This document shows positions 36,953 to 47,699 of a stretch of 64,000 bases of DNA, piece after piece. The notes beneath the pieces are model-generated. The model was not told the origin of the DNA. It did not search any database and saw only the letters and a program-made list of their open reading frames with translations. This stretch comes from Octopus sinensis (lineage: Eukaryota), in contig NC_043003.1 in assembly GCF_006345805.1 (NCBI RefSeq), forward strand, positions 104,780,001-104,844,000, read 5' to 3'. The translations under genes and the position numbers were made by a program. Within the stretch, counting starts at the first letter, position 1, and each line of letters opens with the position of its first letter.

Positions 36953-39868
36953 TCATCATCATCATTTAGCGTCCGCTTTCCATGCTAGCATGGGTTGGAC
37001 GGTTCAACTGGGGTCTGTGAAGCTGGAAGGCTTCATCAGACCCAGTCAGATCTGGCAGTGTTTCTACGGCTGGATGCCCTTCCTAACGCCAACCACTCCG
37101 TGAGTGTAGTGGGTGCTTTTTACATGCCACCCGCACAGGTGCCAGACAAGGCTGGCAAACGGCCACGAACGGATGGTGCTTTTACGTGTCACCGGCACGG
37201 GGGCCAGGCGAGGCTGGCAACGGACACGAACGGATGGTGCTTTTACATGCCACCGACACGGGGGCCAGACAGGGCTGGCAAACGGCCACGAACGGATGGT
37301 GCTTTTACGTGTCACCGGCACGGGGGCCAGGCGAGGCTGGCAACGGACACGAACGGATGGTGCTTTTACATGTCACCGACATGGGGGCCAGACAGGGCTG
37401 GCAAACGGCCACGAACGGATGGTGCTTTTACATGTCACCGACATGGGGGCCAGACAGGGCTGGCAAACGGCCACGAACGGATGGTGCTTTTACGTGTCAC
37501 CGGCACGGGGGCCAGACAGAGCTGGCAAACGGCCACAAACGGATGGTGCTTTTACGTGTCACCGGCACGGGGGCCAGGCCAGGCTGGCAACGAACACAAA
37601 TGGCTGGTGCTTTTACGTGCCACCGACACGGGGGCCAGACAGGGCTGGCAAACGGCTACGAATGGATGGTGTTTTTACGTGTCACCTGCACGGGGGCCCT
37701 GATGTTGATCGACCTCAATTTGGTTTGATTTTGATTTTGACTGTTCTCACTGGTCTTGCCGGGTTTTCTCATGCACAGCATACTTCCAAAGGTCTCGGTC
37801 ACTGGTCATTTCCTTGGTGAGACCTAAAGTTCGAAGGTCGTGCTTCACCGCCTCGACCCAGGTTTTCCTGGGTCTACCTCTTCCACAGGTCCCCTCAACT
37901 GCCAGGGTGTGGCACTTTCGCACACAACTATCTTCAGCCATTCTCATCACATGACCATACCAGCGCATACGTCTCTCTTGCACACAACAACTGATGCTTC
38001 TTAGGTTCAACTTTTCTCTCAAGGTACTTACACTCTGTCGATTATGAACACTGACGTTACACATCCATCGGAGCATACTAGCTTCATTTCTTGCGAGCTT
38101 ACGCAAATCCTCAGCAGTCACAGCCCAAGTTTCACTACCATGTAGCATGGCTGTACGTACACATGCATCATACAGTCTGCCTTTTACTTTGAGCGAGAGG
38201 CCTTTTGTCACCAGCAGGGGTAAGAGCTCTCTAAACTTTGCCCAGGCTATTCTTACTCTAGCAGTTATACTTTCAGCGCACCCACCCCCGCTACTGACTT
38301 GGTCACCTAGGTAACGGAAACTATCAACTACTTCTAGCTTTTCTCCCTGGAAAGTGACGGAAGTTGGTCTCAGAGCATTTTCAGTGTTAATTGTTCCTGA
38401 GCATCTGCCACATACAAAAACCATCTTCCTAGTTAGCCTTCCTTTGACATTGCTGCACCTCTTATGTGTCCATAGCTTACACTGGATGCATCTTATAGAG
38501 TTTCTACCTACACCTTTTCTACAGATCGAGCAGGGCCATCTACCTGAAGGCGTTTGTGATTGGTCTACCTTCCTACTTATTAGGACTTTGGTTTTGGCTA
38601 GGTTGATTCTAAGGCCCTTCGATTCTAAACTTTGTTTCCATACCTGAAACTTCTCCTCTAGTTCTGATAGAGACTCAGCAATTAGAGCAAGGTCATCAGC
38701 ATAGAGGAGCTCCAAGGGGCATCCTGTCTTGAATTCCTCCGTTATTGCCTGGAGGACTATGATAAATAGGAGGGGACTGAGGACTGAACCTTGGTGGACC
38801 CCAACCTCTACCCTGAATTCTTCACTGTACTCGGTGCCAACCCTCACCTTACTAGCAGCGTCTCTGTACATGGCTTGTACAGCTTTCACTAACCATTCAT
38901 CTATCCCTAGTTTCCTCATTGACCACCAGATGAGGGATCGGGGGACCCTGTCGAAGGCTTTCTCCATATCAACAAAAGCCAGGTATAGGGGCTTGTCTTT
39001 GGCTAGGTATTTCTCTTGCAGCTGTCTTACCATGAAAATAGCATCAGTAGTACTTTTCCCTGGCACGAACCCAAACTGCATCTGATCTAGGCTAACTCTC
39101 TCTCTAATTAGTTGGGCTATAACCCTCTCTGTAACCTTCATTACCTGATCCAGCAGCTTGATACCCCTGTAGTTATTTGTATCTAGGGCGTCACCTTTAC
39201 CTTTGTAGCAGCTGACTATTATGCTGCTACACCAGTCATTGGGAATGACTCCTTCGTGTATCACCTGGTTAACTATACGGGTGACTAGGCTATAGCCGAC
39301 ACTACCAGATATTTTGAGCATCTCTGCAGTAATTCCTGATGGGCCTGGGGCTTTCCCTGTTTTCATGCTTTTAATTGCCTTATCTACTAAGGAACTGTCA
39401 ACTCGGATTGCTGGTCCCTCTGTTGGGTCAACATTCAGCAGACTCTCTTTATCCCATTCATTTTCCTCATTCAGCAACCTTTCATAGTGGCTTCTCCAAA
39501 CCTCTCTCTTTGCATCCTCATTTAGCGCAAGTGAGCCATCATCCGTGCGAACACATTTTTCTCCTACCATGTCACGATTCTCTCTTACACACTGTCTTGC
39601 AACACGAAATACCTCAAGTCTTTCATCCTCACGGCGCAGGACATTGGCAAATTTTTTCCTATCTGCTTCCCCTCTGGCTAAATAAACCTGCCTCCTAGCT
39701 TCCCTTCTTGCAGTCTGATACACTTCCCTGCTACCACCGTTCTTCCAGTCCTTCCAAGCCTGTTTCTTTTGTCTAATAGCCCTGTCAACAGTATTGTTCC
39801 ACCACCACGTTATTTTGGGTCTTGTGGGGACTTTGCACCAGCCACAGATCTGGTCAGTGGCTTTCATA
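36953..39868 (-). mobile_element. Young 5'-truncated RTE LINE with an uninterrupted ORF of about 706 aa (RT, PHD finger, C-terminus); endonuclease missing
   Basis: open frame 39867->37747; YADD; C4HC3 at about 38400-38535; 3'UTR minisatellite; (GAT)n tail. Confidence 0.97.
37110..37700. repeat. Minisatellite of about 10 units (period about 61-62 bp) in the RTE 3'UTR
   Basis: repeated ggatggtgcttttac(a/g)tg(t/c)caccg(g/a)cac unit. Confidence 0.95.
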
Positions 39869-40770
39869 GCCAATGAAAAATGCAGACACGTAGTTACAAT
39901 GTTCTTAACAATTAAACGTGGAAAAGTAGAGGACAAGAAATAACTCATTAAAATTAGAGTTTAAAATATTGTTACTAAAATTAAAATTAAAAAATTTTTT
40001 ATTAATTCATTAAGTACAAAAAGTAAAATTAAAATAAAAAACAAAAAGTGAAATTAATTGAATTTTTAGAAAAATATGAAAAAGTACCCTGAATAGATTT
40101 TTGTAGAGGACTCAAGGTACAACAATTTTAACAACTACAGGCAATTAGAGGGTATTGGTATATTTTATATTTTCAGGTGTGGTGCTACAACTGACACATT
40201 AACTCAAGAAACATGTAATATTCTCAATTCTTTGCCTGTCCATACATAATTATTCATTAAAATTAAACCAGGTATTAATGATATTCTAACTTAAGTCATC
40301 TGGTGTTGTTCATTTGTTGTCCCTCATAAATTGAAAAATTTGAATTTTATTCTATGATTTAAAATGATTAGAAACTTAAATTCTACATTATTGGTTTCAT
40401 GGACAGTTTCCTGGCACCAATGTATTGCTAAATACTATAGAAAAGGAGCATAAGATATATGTTTAACAAGTTATATGCTGGACTGCATGCTACATCCAAC
40501 ACCACTATCATGCAATTTTCTTGCTTACTTTTTATTGCAAATTTTTAAAATTGAAGTCAATAATTTTGATTTAAAAATTTCTTTGTATTAAGCTAAAATA
40601 TTTGTCTTATTTTTTAATTTTATTTTCTTGACAAAACTCATTATTCAAAGATTTTAAATCACATGTACTGTGTTATCAAATTAAACTCATGTAGAATATA
40701 TGTAATTCAAAAGAGTAAAAAATAGTAAAAAATGAATTTTCTAAAGACACAAAAGAATAACTTTCTTTAA

Positions 40771-40992
40771 CCCTTTCATTACCAACCCGCCTGAAACCGC
40801 CTCTGGCTCTGTAGTACAAATGTCTTATTTTCAAAAATTCTGCATTAAAATCTTCCACCAAACCTTAGTCACAATTTATGTCCCTAACACTAGCTTAATG
40901 ATAACTAAGTTATTTTACTAAATTCTTTGTTATATTTAAAATTAATTGTAAGAAACACAGCGCATCTCAAAATAAATATGGTAACAAAAGGG
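40771..40992. mobile_element. piggyBac-like MITE (222 bp)
   Basis: TTAA|CCCTTTCATTACCA...TGGTAACAAAAGGG|TTAA. Confidence 0.88.
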
Positions 40993-41435
40993 TTAAAGTT
41001 TGCATTATGAGATAACACAATACTTTCTATTTGCAGTTGGAAAAATATATAGTGAACAAATTGAGTGCAAAATGTAGAAATGACTCTAGCTATTTTTAAA
41101 AATCTTCAGGGTTATAATTGTCAGTTTTGCTTAAATTGCTGTTATGTGATTTCTTAAAATATATAAGTTTGTAATATCAAATTTTTAATGTGTAAACTTA
41201 TAGGCCATAACAAACACTATGTCCAAAATTGACAAAGATAATCTTATTCAGACGTATTAACGCTTCCAACTCTGTATAGAAGCAGCCATTGATTTTAATG
41301 GTGAATTCATTGAATAGTTGAGATAAAAGGATACCCAAGATTATTTCTACTAATTTTTTTTCAATTACAACTTTCTTTCATCATCATCATCATCGTTTAG
41401 CATCCGTTTTACGATGATGATGATGATGATGATCA

Positions 41436-41805
41436 AACAATAACTCTGAGCACCTTTTCAAACTCCACCCATCTAACACCCGTGGACATATTTACAAAGT
41501 AAGAAAACACCACAGCTCCCATGACCTCAGGAAACATTTTTTCATGCTGAGAGTTGCTGAAGCATGGAACAAACTGCCAGCATCAGTTGTTAGTTGTCGG
41601 AGCACTGCATCCTTCAAGACTTCCATGCTTCCTGAGATTCGCCAACACTACACTTGATTTTCTCCCCTCCATACACACACAGGCATGTATCTGTTCGCTT
41701 TCCAGACATTTCTACATTACTGCATACACTTTATATGCACTTTCTGACAAGTTGTGGTGCACCTGAGCACTGTATACAATAATTTCATTATTTTATTATT
41801 ATTAT
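41436..41805 (+). mobile_element. CR1-group LINE 3' fragment with (ATT)n tail
   Basis: same family as 24498-24872. Confidence 0.9.
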
Positions 41806-42464
41806 GATGATAGCTGCATTATATTTAACAGAATAAACTGATTGTTTAAGGGTTAAACTAATAACACAGTAACTACATGATTAATACTGTTTTAATATAT
41901 TCATTAGCAGTTAAGCCCGGTTTCACCCGGTCTGTTTGGCTGATGTTGTTGTGATCGTTTTTGGTTAGGCATAATCTATAGCAGCATTTCTCAACTTTAT
42001 CATTTCGGGTCCCCTGTTTCGATTGGAGCCTCCAGCTGTATGAAAATTTTCCCCCCCACCCTGTCAGAATACACCTTCAGGGGTTGTGAAGAAAGAATTT
42101 GCATGTAGTCTGTTTCTGAGAGCTATTCTATTGGACCTCTGTCTAATCATTAAAACATTTATTTTATTATGAACATATAAAGAAATTATACATTAATCCC
42201 TATTTTTGTAAGCAGTCGTATCCGTAAAAATTTTATTTGCAGAGAGCAGAAATTGAAAGAAGGTATGTGAAAAGGACGTGTGTGTGTGCATGCATGCATG
42301 CTTGCACGTGTGTATGTGAGAGAGAAAGAGGGTGAGAAAGAGAGATAGAGTGAGAGAGTGAAGGTGTGTGTCATTGAGTTACGTTGGCTGGCACGGCGAC
42401 CACAAAGCTTTTGAGGCGGCAGATGACTGGGGTGATTTGAAAGATGTGAAGAAATGCTGTCTTT

Positions 42465-42761
42465 TCAGTGGAATGCTTCTTTGTAGGAAATGTTTCTCGT
42501 TTTCCCTTCTGATGCACAAATGTATAGACTTTGTGGCCTGCCAACATGGGAGCATCCAATGTAAAGTTGACCGTGGGAGAACACTTGCTCTGTGAGATTT
42601 AAACCAACCATTTGCAATGATTGACCCTGTGCCTTATTTATTGTCATTGCAAAGGAGAGTTTGATAGGAAATTGAAGCTGCTTAAACATGTAGATCTTAT
42701 CGGAGGGAGTGAGGGACATTTGAGTTATAAGAACATCTTGACCAGCGGCCGGTCCATTCAA
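42465..42761 (-). pseudogene. Helitron RepHel PIF1-type helicase, C-terminal fragment 1
   Basis: [37 protein letters not shown] motifs. Confidence 0.9.
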
Positions 42762-43329
42762 TTCTATTGGACCTCTGTCTAATCACGTCTTTTAAGGTAC
42801 ACACACATACATAGAAAATGTGAGGTCATGGTTGAAATTTTTTACGATAGTTGATTTATGGAAAGGATTAAAAAGAAAACGCGGACAAAAAGCACTCGTT
42901 TTTTCACAATGAAAACTTGTTTCCTAGTAGCCGGAATTTCACGACAAAATGTATGTTTATTATGCACAACAGCCTGCAGTGCATGCTGCTGGGCATTAAA
43001 AGCTAATCGCACAAACCTAGAGGGGCTCCGGGCCCCCTTGAATCGATAAAATATCACTCTTTTTGCCATAGCAACCACATCTTTATAGCTTGTAAATTTT
43101 AACCATTGCGGGTCTCATCCTCACCACGCATTTAGTATCTCTGCCAATTTTCAGCTCAATCCTAGCACATCTAGTGCCATTGAATCCTTACCAAAGCCAA
43201 AGTGTGCAAGTTTTTTTCCTCTTTTATATAGGTAGATAATGTGTGTGTGTGTATACATATAAACCAGTGACAGATATTTAATACAATCAAGGGTCTCCAG
43301 AATTTCTGAAAACACTCCACTCCTTCAAC

Positions 43330-43990
43330 TCAGTACCTCTCGGCAGACAATGTTCTTAGTAACAGTTCGCCCTCTTCTGCTTCCTTGTCTGTCTCCATCA
43401 CCTTAACCCTTACATCTGAGAGTTTGTAAGCTCTAGAGTATGCCACATACAACTGCCCATGACTGAACACTGGCTGAGGTAAGAACAATCCCACCTTCTC
43501 AAATGTCTGCCCCTGTAACTTGTTAATACTCATGACATATGACAAATGGGGACAGAAACTGGGTTCTCTCCAAGGTGAATGGCAAGTTAGGGTTGCTTGG
43601 AGCCAGCTTTATTCTGGGGATGAGGACACGTCTGCCAATTAGTGAGCCACTAATCAAGGAAGCTTCGATTGAATGTTGATGCATGGCCACCATTTCCAGT
43701 CTTGTACCATTGCAGAGTCCATTCTGGATAGAAATGGTACAAAGAAGCATTACTATAGAGCTGGATGTTAAACTCAAATTACGAGGAGGCATTCTTGATG
43801 GTGTCAAAGAGTTTAGAAATTCAAGTGAATAGCACTCAGCCTCAGCAGGATCATTTGTCATCTGTATTATAATAGGTGCAGCAGTCACCTGGAAGTTGTC
43901 TCAAAACTTCTTCATTGATCAGGAGGCAGCCTGAGTTCTTTGGCGAAAGAATTACTCTGCTCCTTTTCTCTTCTTCAGATGCAAAAAAAA
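43330..43990 (-). pseudogene. Helitron RepHel helicase, C-terminal fragment 2 (different subfamily, frameshifted)
   Basis: [45 protein letters not shown]. Confidence 0.9.
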
Positions 43991-44462
43991 AAAAACCTCC
44001 ACATTTTGAGTAACATTTTATTTCAATTACAAAATTTGTTTTATTTATTTATCTTATTAAATAGATATATTTGTCCAAAGCAGATTACGTTTGAATGACA
44101 TTTGATTTCAATTTCAAAATTTGTTTCCTTAGATATATAGATAAAAAGCCTATCCCCGATTTACAGTTTACACATATCTAAACATGTATGTAAAGATGCA
44201 CACACAGAATGTCACACATTCACACACACACACACACTTTCTATTACCACACTCTCTCTCTCCCTCTCACTCTGACTCTTTCTCTCTCACTTCCTCTTCG
44301 TCCCTCCTCTGTATCGAAAAGTAACATTGAAAATTTACTGTGGTTATTTCCCTTCGATTCAACAATTTATCTACTTGTGTTCCGTATAGATGTGTCTATT
44401 CTATCTATCTATACACACACACACAGAATGTTACATGTTCACATTTCAAATTTAGATATTCT

Positions 44463-44877
44463 AGATCTTTTCGGTTTGATCGGCAGTTTTCTCTAGCGGT
44501 GTCATATGAAATTGTCACCCATAATTATGACCCTAGTATCGATCTATTGCATTTCAATCTGTTTTAGGGATAGGGTTAGGGGTGGGGTGAGGGTATCTTT
44601 TTTTTCTTCAGAAATGTAAATAAACCCAATCTGTTTCTTAAATGAGGGACATATTCATACGGCACAGAATGTTTTCACCTCAATAGACGGTCATTGATTG
44701 GTTGAAATTGCCGAAATTGAAGAAAAAAAAACAAATATCTTACAAACTATAGGATTTTCTCAATAAAGCCAAGAGAAAAAGATGTTTTATAAACACATTC
44801 TACCAGTATACGAAGTTTAAAATTTTTTAGTTACCTAGAAATTATGTTAAAAACTGTCGTTCAGACAGAAAAGATCC
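44463..44877. mobile_element. GGATC-terminus MITE, copy G (reverse orientation of copy D)
   Basis: TSD GATATTCT/TATATTCT (7/8 match); internal tagggttagggg. Confidence 0.9.
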
Positions 44878-45451
44878 TATATTCTTATATTATTCAAACA
44901 TGATAGGAAAAAAATAACTTAGCATGCCAAAAAATAGACCATACACCTGCACTTTCGGTTTTTTAATTAAACAGTTTTTAAAATTTATATGTGCGAGCAA
45001 GTGTATTTGCATTAATATTTTATATTATTTCCATTATTTAGTAACACTAATAATGCAAAAAATAAATTTTTTGTATCTTTTTAATTTGATCATCTAAGAT
45101 AAAAACTATTTGCAATTTTTTCAAATTCATTTGATGTAGATGTTTCTATGAAATTTTTCTATACAATCTATAAAAAAATATGTTTTTATTGATTAAGTAA
45201 TCAATAAAAGGTTTAAGATAAAAATACCTCTTAGGGTACTTTATCATATTTTTCTAAAAATTCAATCAATTTCACTTTTATTTTTTTTTTTATTTTATTT
45301 CTTGTACTTAATGAATAATTAAAAAAAATTTTTATTTTAATTTTAGTAGCGATATTTTAAACTCTAATTTTAATGAGTTATTTCTTGTCCTCTACTTTTC
45401 TAGGTTTAATTGTTAAGGACATTGTATCTATGCGTCCGCATTTTTCATTGG

Positions 45452-45498
<47 letters not shown>

Positions 45499-45537
45499 TA
45501 TATGAAATATATATATATATATATAAATATATATATA

Positions 45538-45921
45538 CTAGCAGTATCGCCCGGCGTTGCTCAGGTTTGTAAGGGAAATAACTATAAAGCATTTTTAGAG
45601 AGTTATAGCCAAAAAATAGCAAAAAAATGGAAACAAATTATGGTAAATTTTTTTTGAGAGTAAAAAAAGGTGGAGTTGCGTCCCCTAGAGAGTTTGCGGT
45701 TTGTGTTTCTGATTCTCGACCCCATGTCGAATTTATCGATTTTTTTCAGAACTGGGGGAACTTTTCAAAATTTTCGCTGCGTTAGTTTTGAATTATGACA
45801 TTGGGCTATGTGTGTGTCAAGTTTCATCAGAATCGGTTGAAAGCCGTGGTCAGGGTGAGGGTACAAGCAAACAGACACACAGAAACACGCACAGACAAAC
45901 TGCCGTTTATATATAGAGAGA
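45538..45921 (-). mobile_element. Non-autonomous Helitron: family-1-like 5' end joined to a family-2-like 3' end
   Basis: 5' TCTCTCTATATATAAACGGCA as at 16406; 3' ...GCAACGCCGGGCGATACTGCTAG|T as at 35502. Confidence 0.8.
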
Positions 45922-46352
45922 TATTATGAATAAAAACTTACTTGGAAGAGGATGTGTGGCGTTTCATCATATAATAACAAAATAATAAATAAAACATATG
46001 CATATATACATACATATATGCACGTACCTACATCTATATGTATGTATACATGCATATATAGGTACAGGACACCAAAAAAACGTTGAACACAATGAGAAAC
46101 GAAAACATAGAAACAAGACCATGGAAATGGACATCTTGTTAAACAATGAAAAGACAGTGTACAAGACGTACAACACAAAGAAAATTCCCCTTCTTCAGCC
46201 GCCTCTGTTTCGTCTACTCCGCGTTTCGAAGGTAAAGGTGAGACACGACTTCGGTGAAACGGTCCTTCCCGCAAATAATTTGAGTTTTTTTTTTTTTATA
46301 TATATATGTATATGTTAGAAGTATTGGGGGTGATGTACAGATTTAATACATA

Positions 46353-46589
46353 TGAAAGAAAAAAGATGTTCAGAATGCTGGATGGTTGTAAAAATATATA
46401 TTTATTTACATATCACATATTATTTCTTCATATTAGTGCTTTCAACTACTCCTGTAGTTTCATCAGAAATGATTTCTGATGAAACTACAGGAGTAGTTGA
46501 AAGCACTAATATGAAGAAATAATATGTGATATGTAAATAAATATATATTTTTACAACCATCCAGCATTCTGAACATCTTTTTTCTTTCA
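46353..46589. repeat. Perfect palindrome: 118-bp arms, 1-nt spacer (46471)
   Basis: arms compared base by base, no mismatch found. Confidence 0.97.
46476..46508 (+). ncRNA. Minimal hammerhead-like core at the palindrome centre (mirrored on the minus strand)
   Basis: CTGATGA-AACTAC(AGGA)GTAGTT-GAAA-G(CA)C-TA; helix I not well formed. Confidence 0.5.
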
Positions 46590-47109
46590 CATATATATAT
46601 GTATAAAATAGCTCCCATGATTACTGAGATAATCTACTATAATAATACTCTTGTGTTTATGAATAAGAAAGGAAGGGGTGATGGTATACTTGGTGGTGTA
46701 TGCTGGAAAAAATAAATCAAACAGCAGTTCAACTCTGTGGGAATGTATGTGTGTCTGTATGTAAAAGGGGGGTATGTGAATGTGTGTGTGTGTGCGTGTG
46801 CATGCTCAGTGGAAGTGGGATGGTACATTTTTGTTCTCTCAGTATTTGGGTCTATTTTTTGATTTGGTTGAATCTTGGTTATTTCTTTTTTGTTCTTGGT
46901 CAGTTATTTTTAGCGTTTTGACAGAAAAAAGTCATTCTAAAATTGTTTTCTAACGTAAGCGTGTCCAAACAAGTTGAATGCTTACACAGAGCAGATTTTA
47001 CAGCCACATTATCCAAACCAACCGAGTGAAACCGGAATTAGTTGCTAGTATATATATATATATTGTTGTTGGCATCCTTTCTGTCTCGGGAGACAATGGA
47101 GTTGCGCAT

Positions 47110-47530
47110 GAAGTAGTCTAGTTCGGCTTTTATATTTCATGTCCTGATACATTTCCTGCTGTGGCTGTGTAGTCCTATCCTGGACAAACACTCCCTCTGG
47201 CAGGTACCGCAAATGTAGCGAAGACTGTTCCTGGCTGGTTGTAGTGCCATAATCTCTTGTTTACGTCTCTTCCTTTCTTTCCATTTCTCCTCTCTCTCTC
47301 TCTCTCTGTCACTCCTTTGTATTCCCTCTTTTACGGTACGTCGCCATTCTCCACGGTTGCCAGCAACTGCCTCCCAACCGCTAATATTGATGTTGCAGGC
47401 CTTCATATCCCTTTTGCAAACATCTTTGTAACGTAAGATCGGTCTACCCACAGACCTAGTACCCCTAGCAAGCTCTCCGTAGAGTATGTCCTTGGGGATT
47501 CTGCCATTTTGCCATCTTGCCTGCGCAAAA
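47110..47530 (-). mobile_element. RTE/BovB-like LINE 3' end with a C2H2 finger
   Basis: GRP.LRYKDVCKRDMK...W...R..WR; C..C.R.C.SRIGLHSH. Confidence 0.85.
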
Positions 47531-47597
47531 CTGGAGAGGACACTTCAGTGCTGCTGTAAAAAGCTGCAGAAACAACACGGGAGGTAACAGTCACGAG

Positions 47598-47640
<43 letters not shown>

Positions 47641-47699
47641 ATATATATATATTTTATTCTTTTTTAGTTTCAGCTCAGAGCTGCGACCATGCTGATGCA

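Larger units (their letters stand above)
39869..45454. mobile_element. Pair of inverted terminal repeats of about 220 bp (39869-40090 and 45233-45454) enclosing 5.6 kb of nested elements; possibly PIF/Harbinger-like
   Basis: terminus GGGCCAATGAAAAATGCGGAC; arms clearly homologous, roughly 80% identical by eye; left terminus clipped at the RTE 5' end. Confidence 0.55.

Noticed and set aside
37110-37700. CRISPR-like regular array
   Set aside because: Whole units repeat with no unique spacers, it sits in a LINE 3'UTR, and there are no cas genes.
36995-37820. Several 180-235 aa ORFs in multiple frames
   Set aside because: Produced by the GC-rich 61-bp minisatellite of the RTE 3'UTR.
46190-46260. 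GAAA-CGCG and CTGAAGA motifs on the minus strand
   Set aside because: Order and pairing do not give a valid hammerhead (no U at 16.1); at most a decayed relative.
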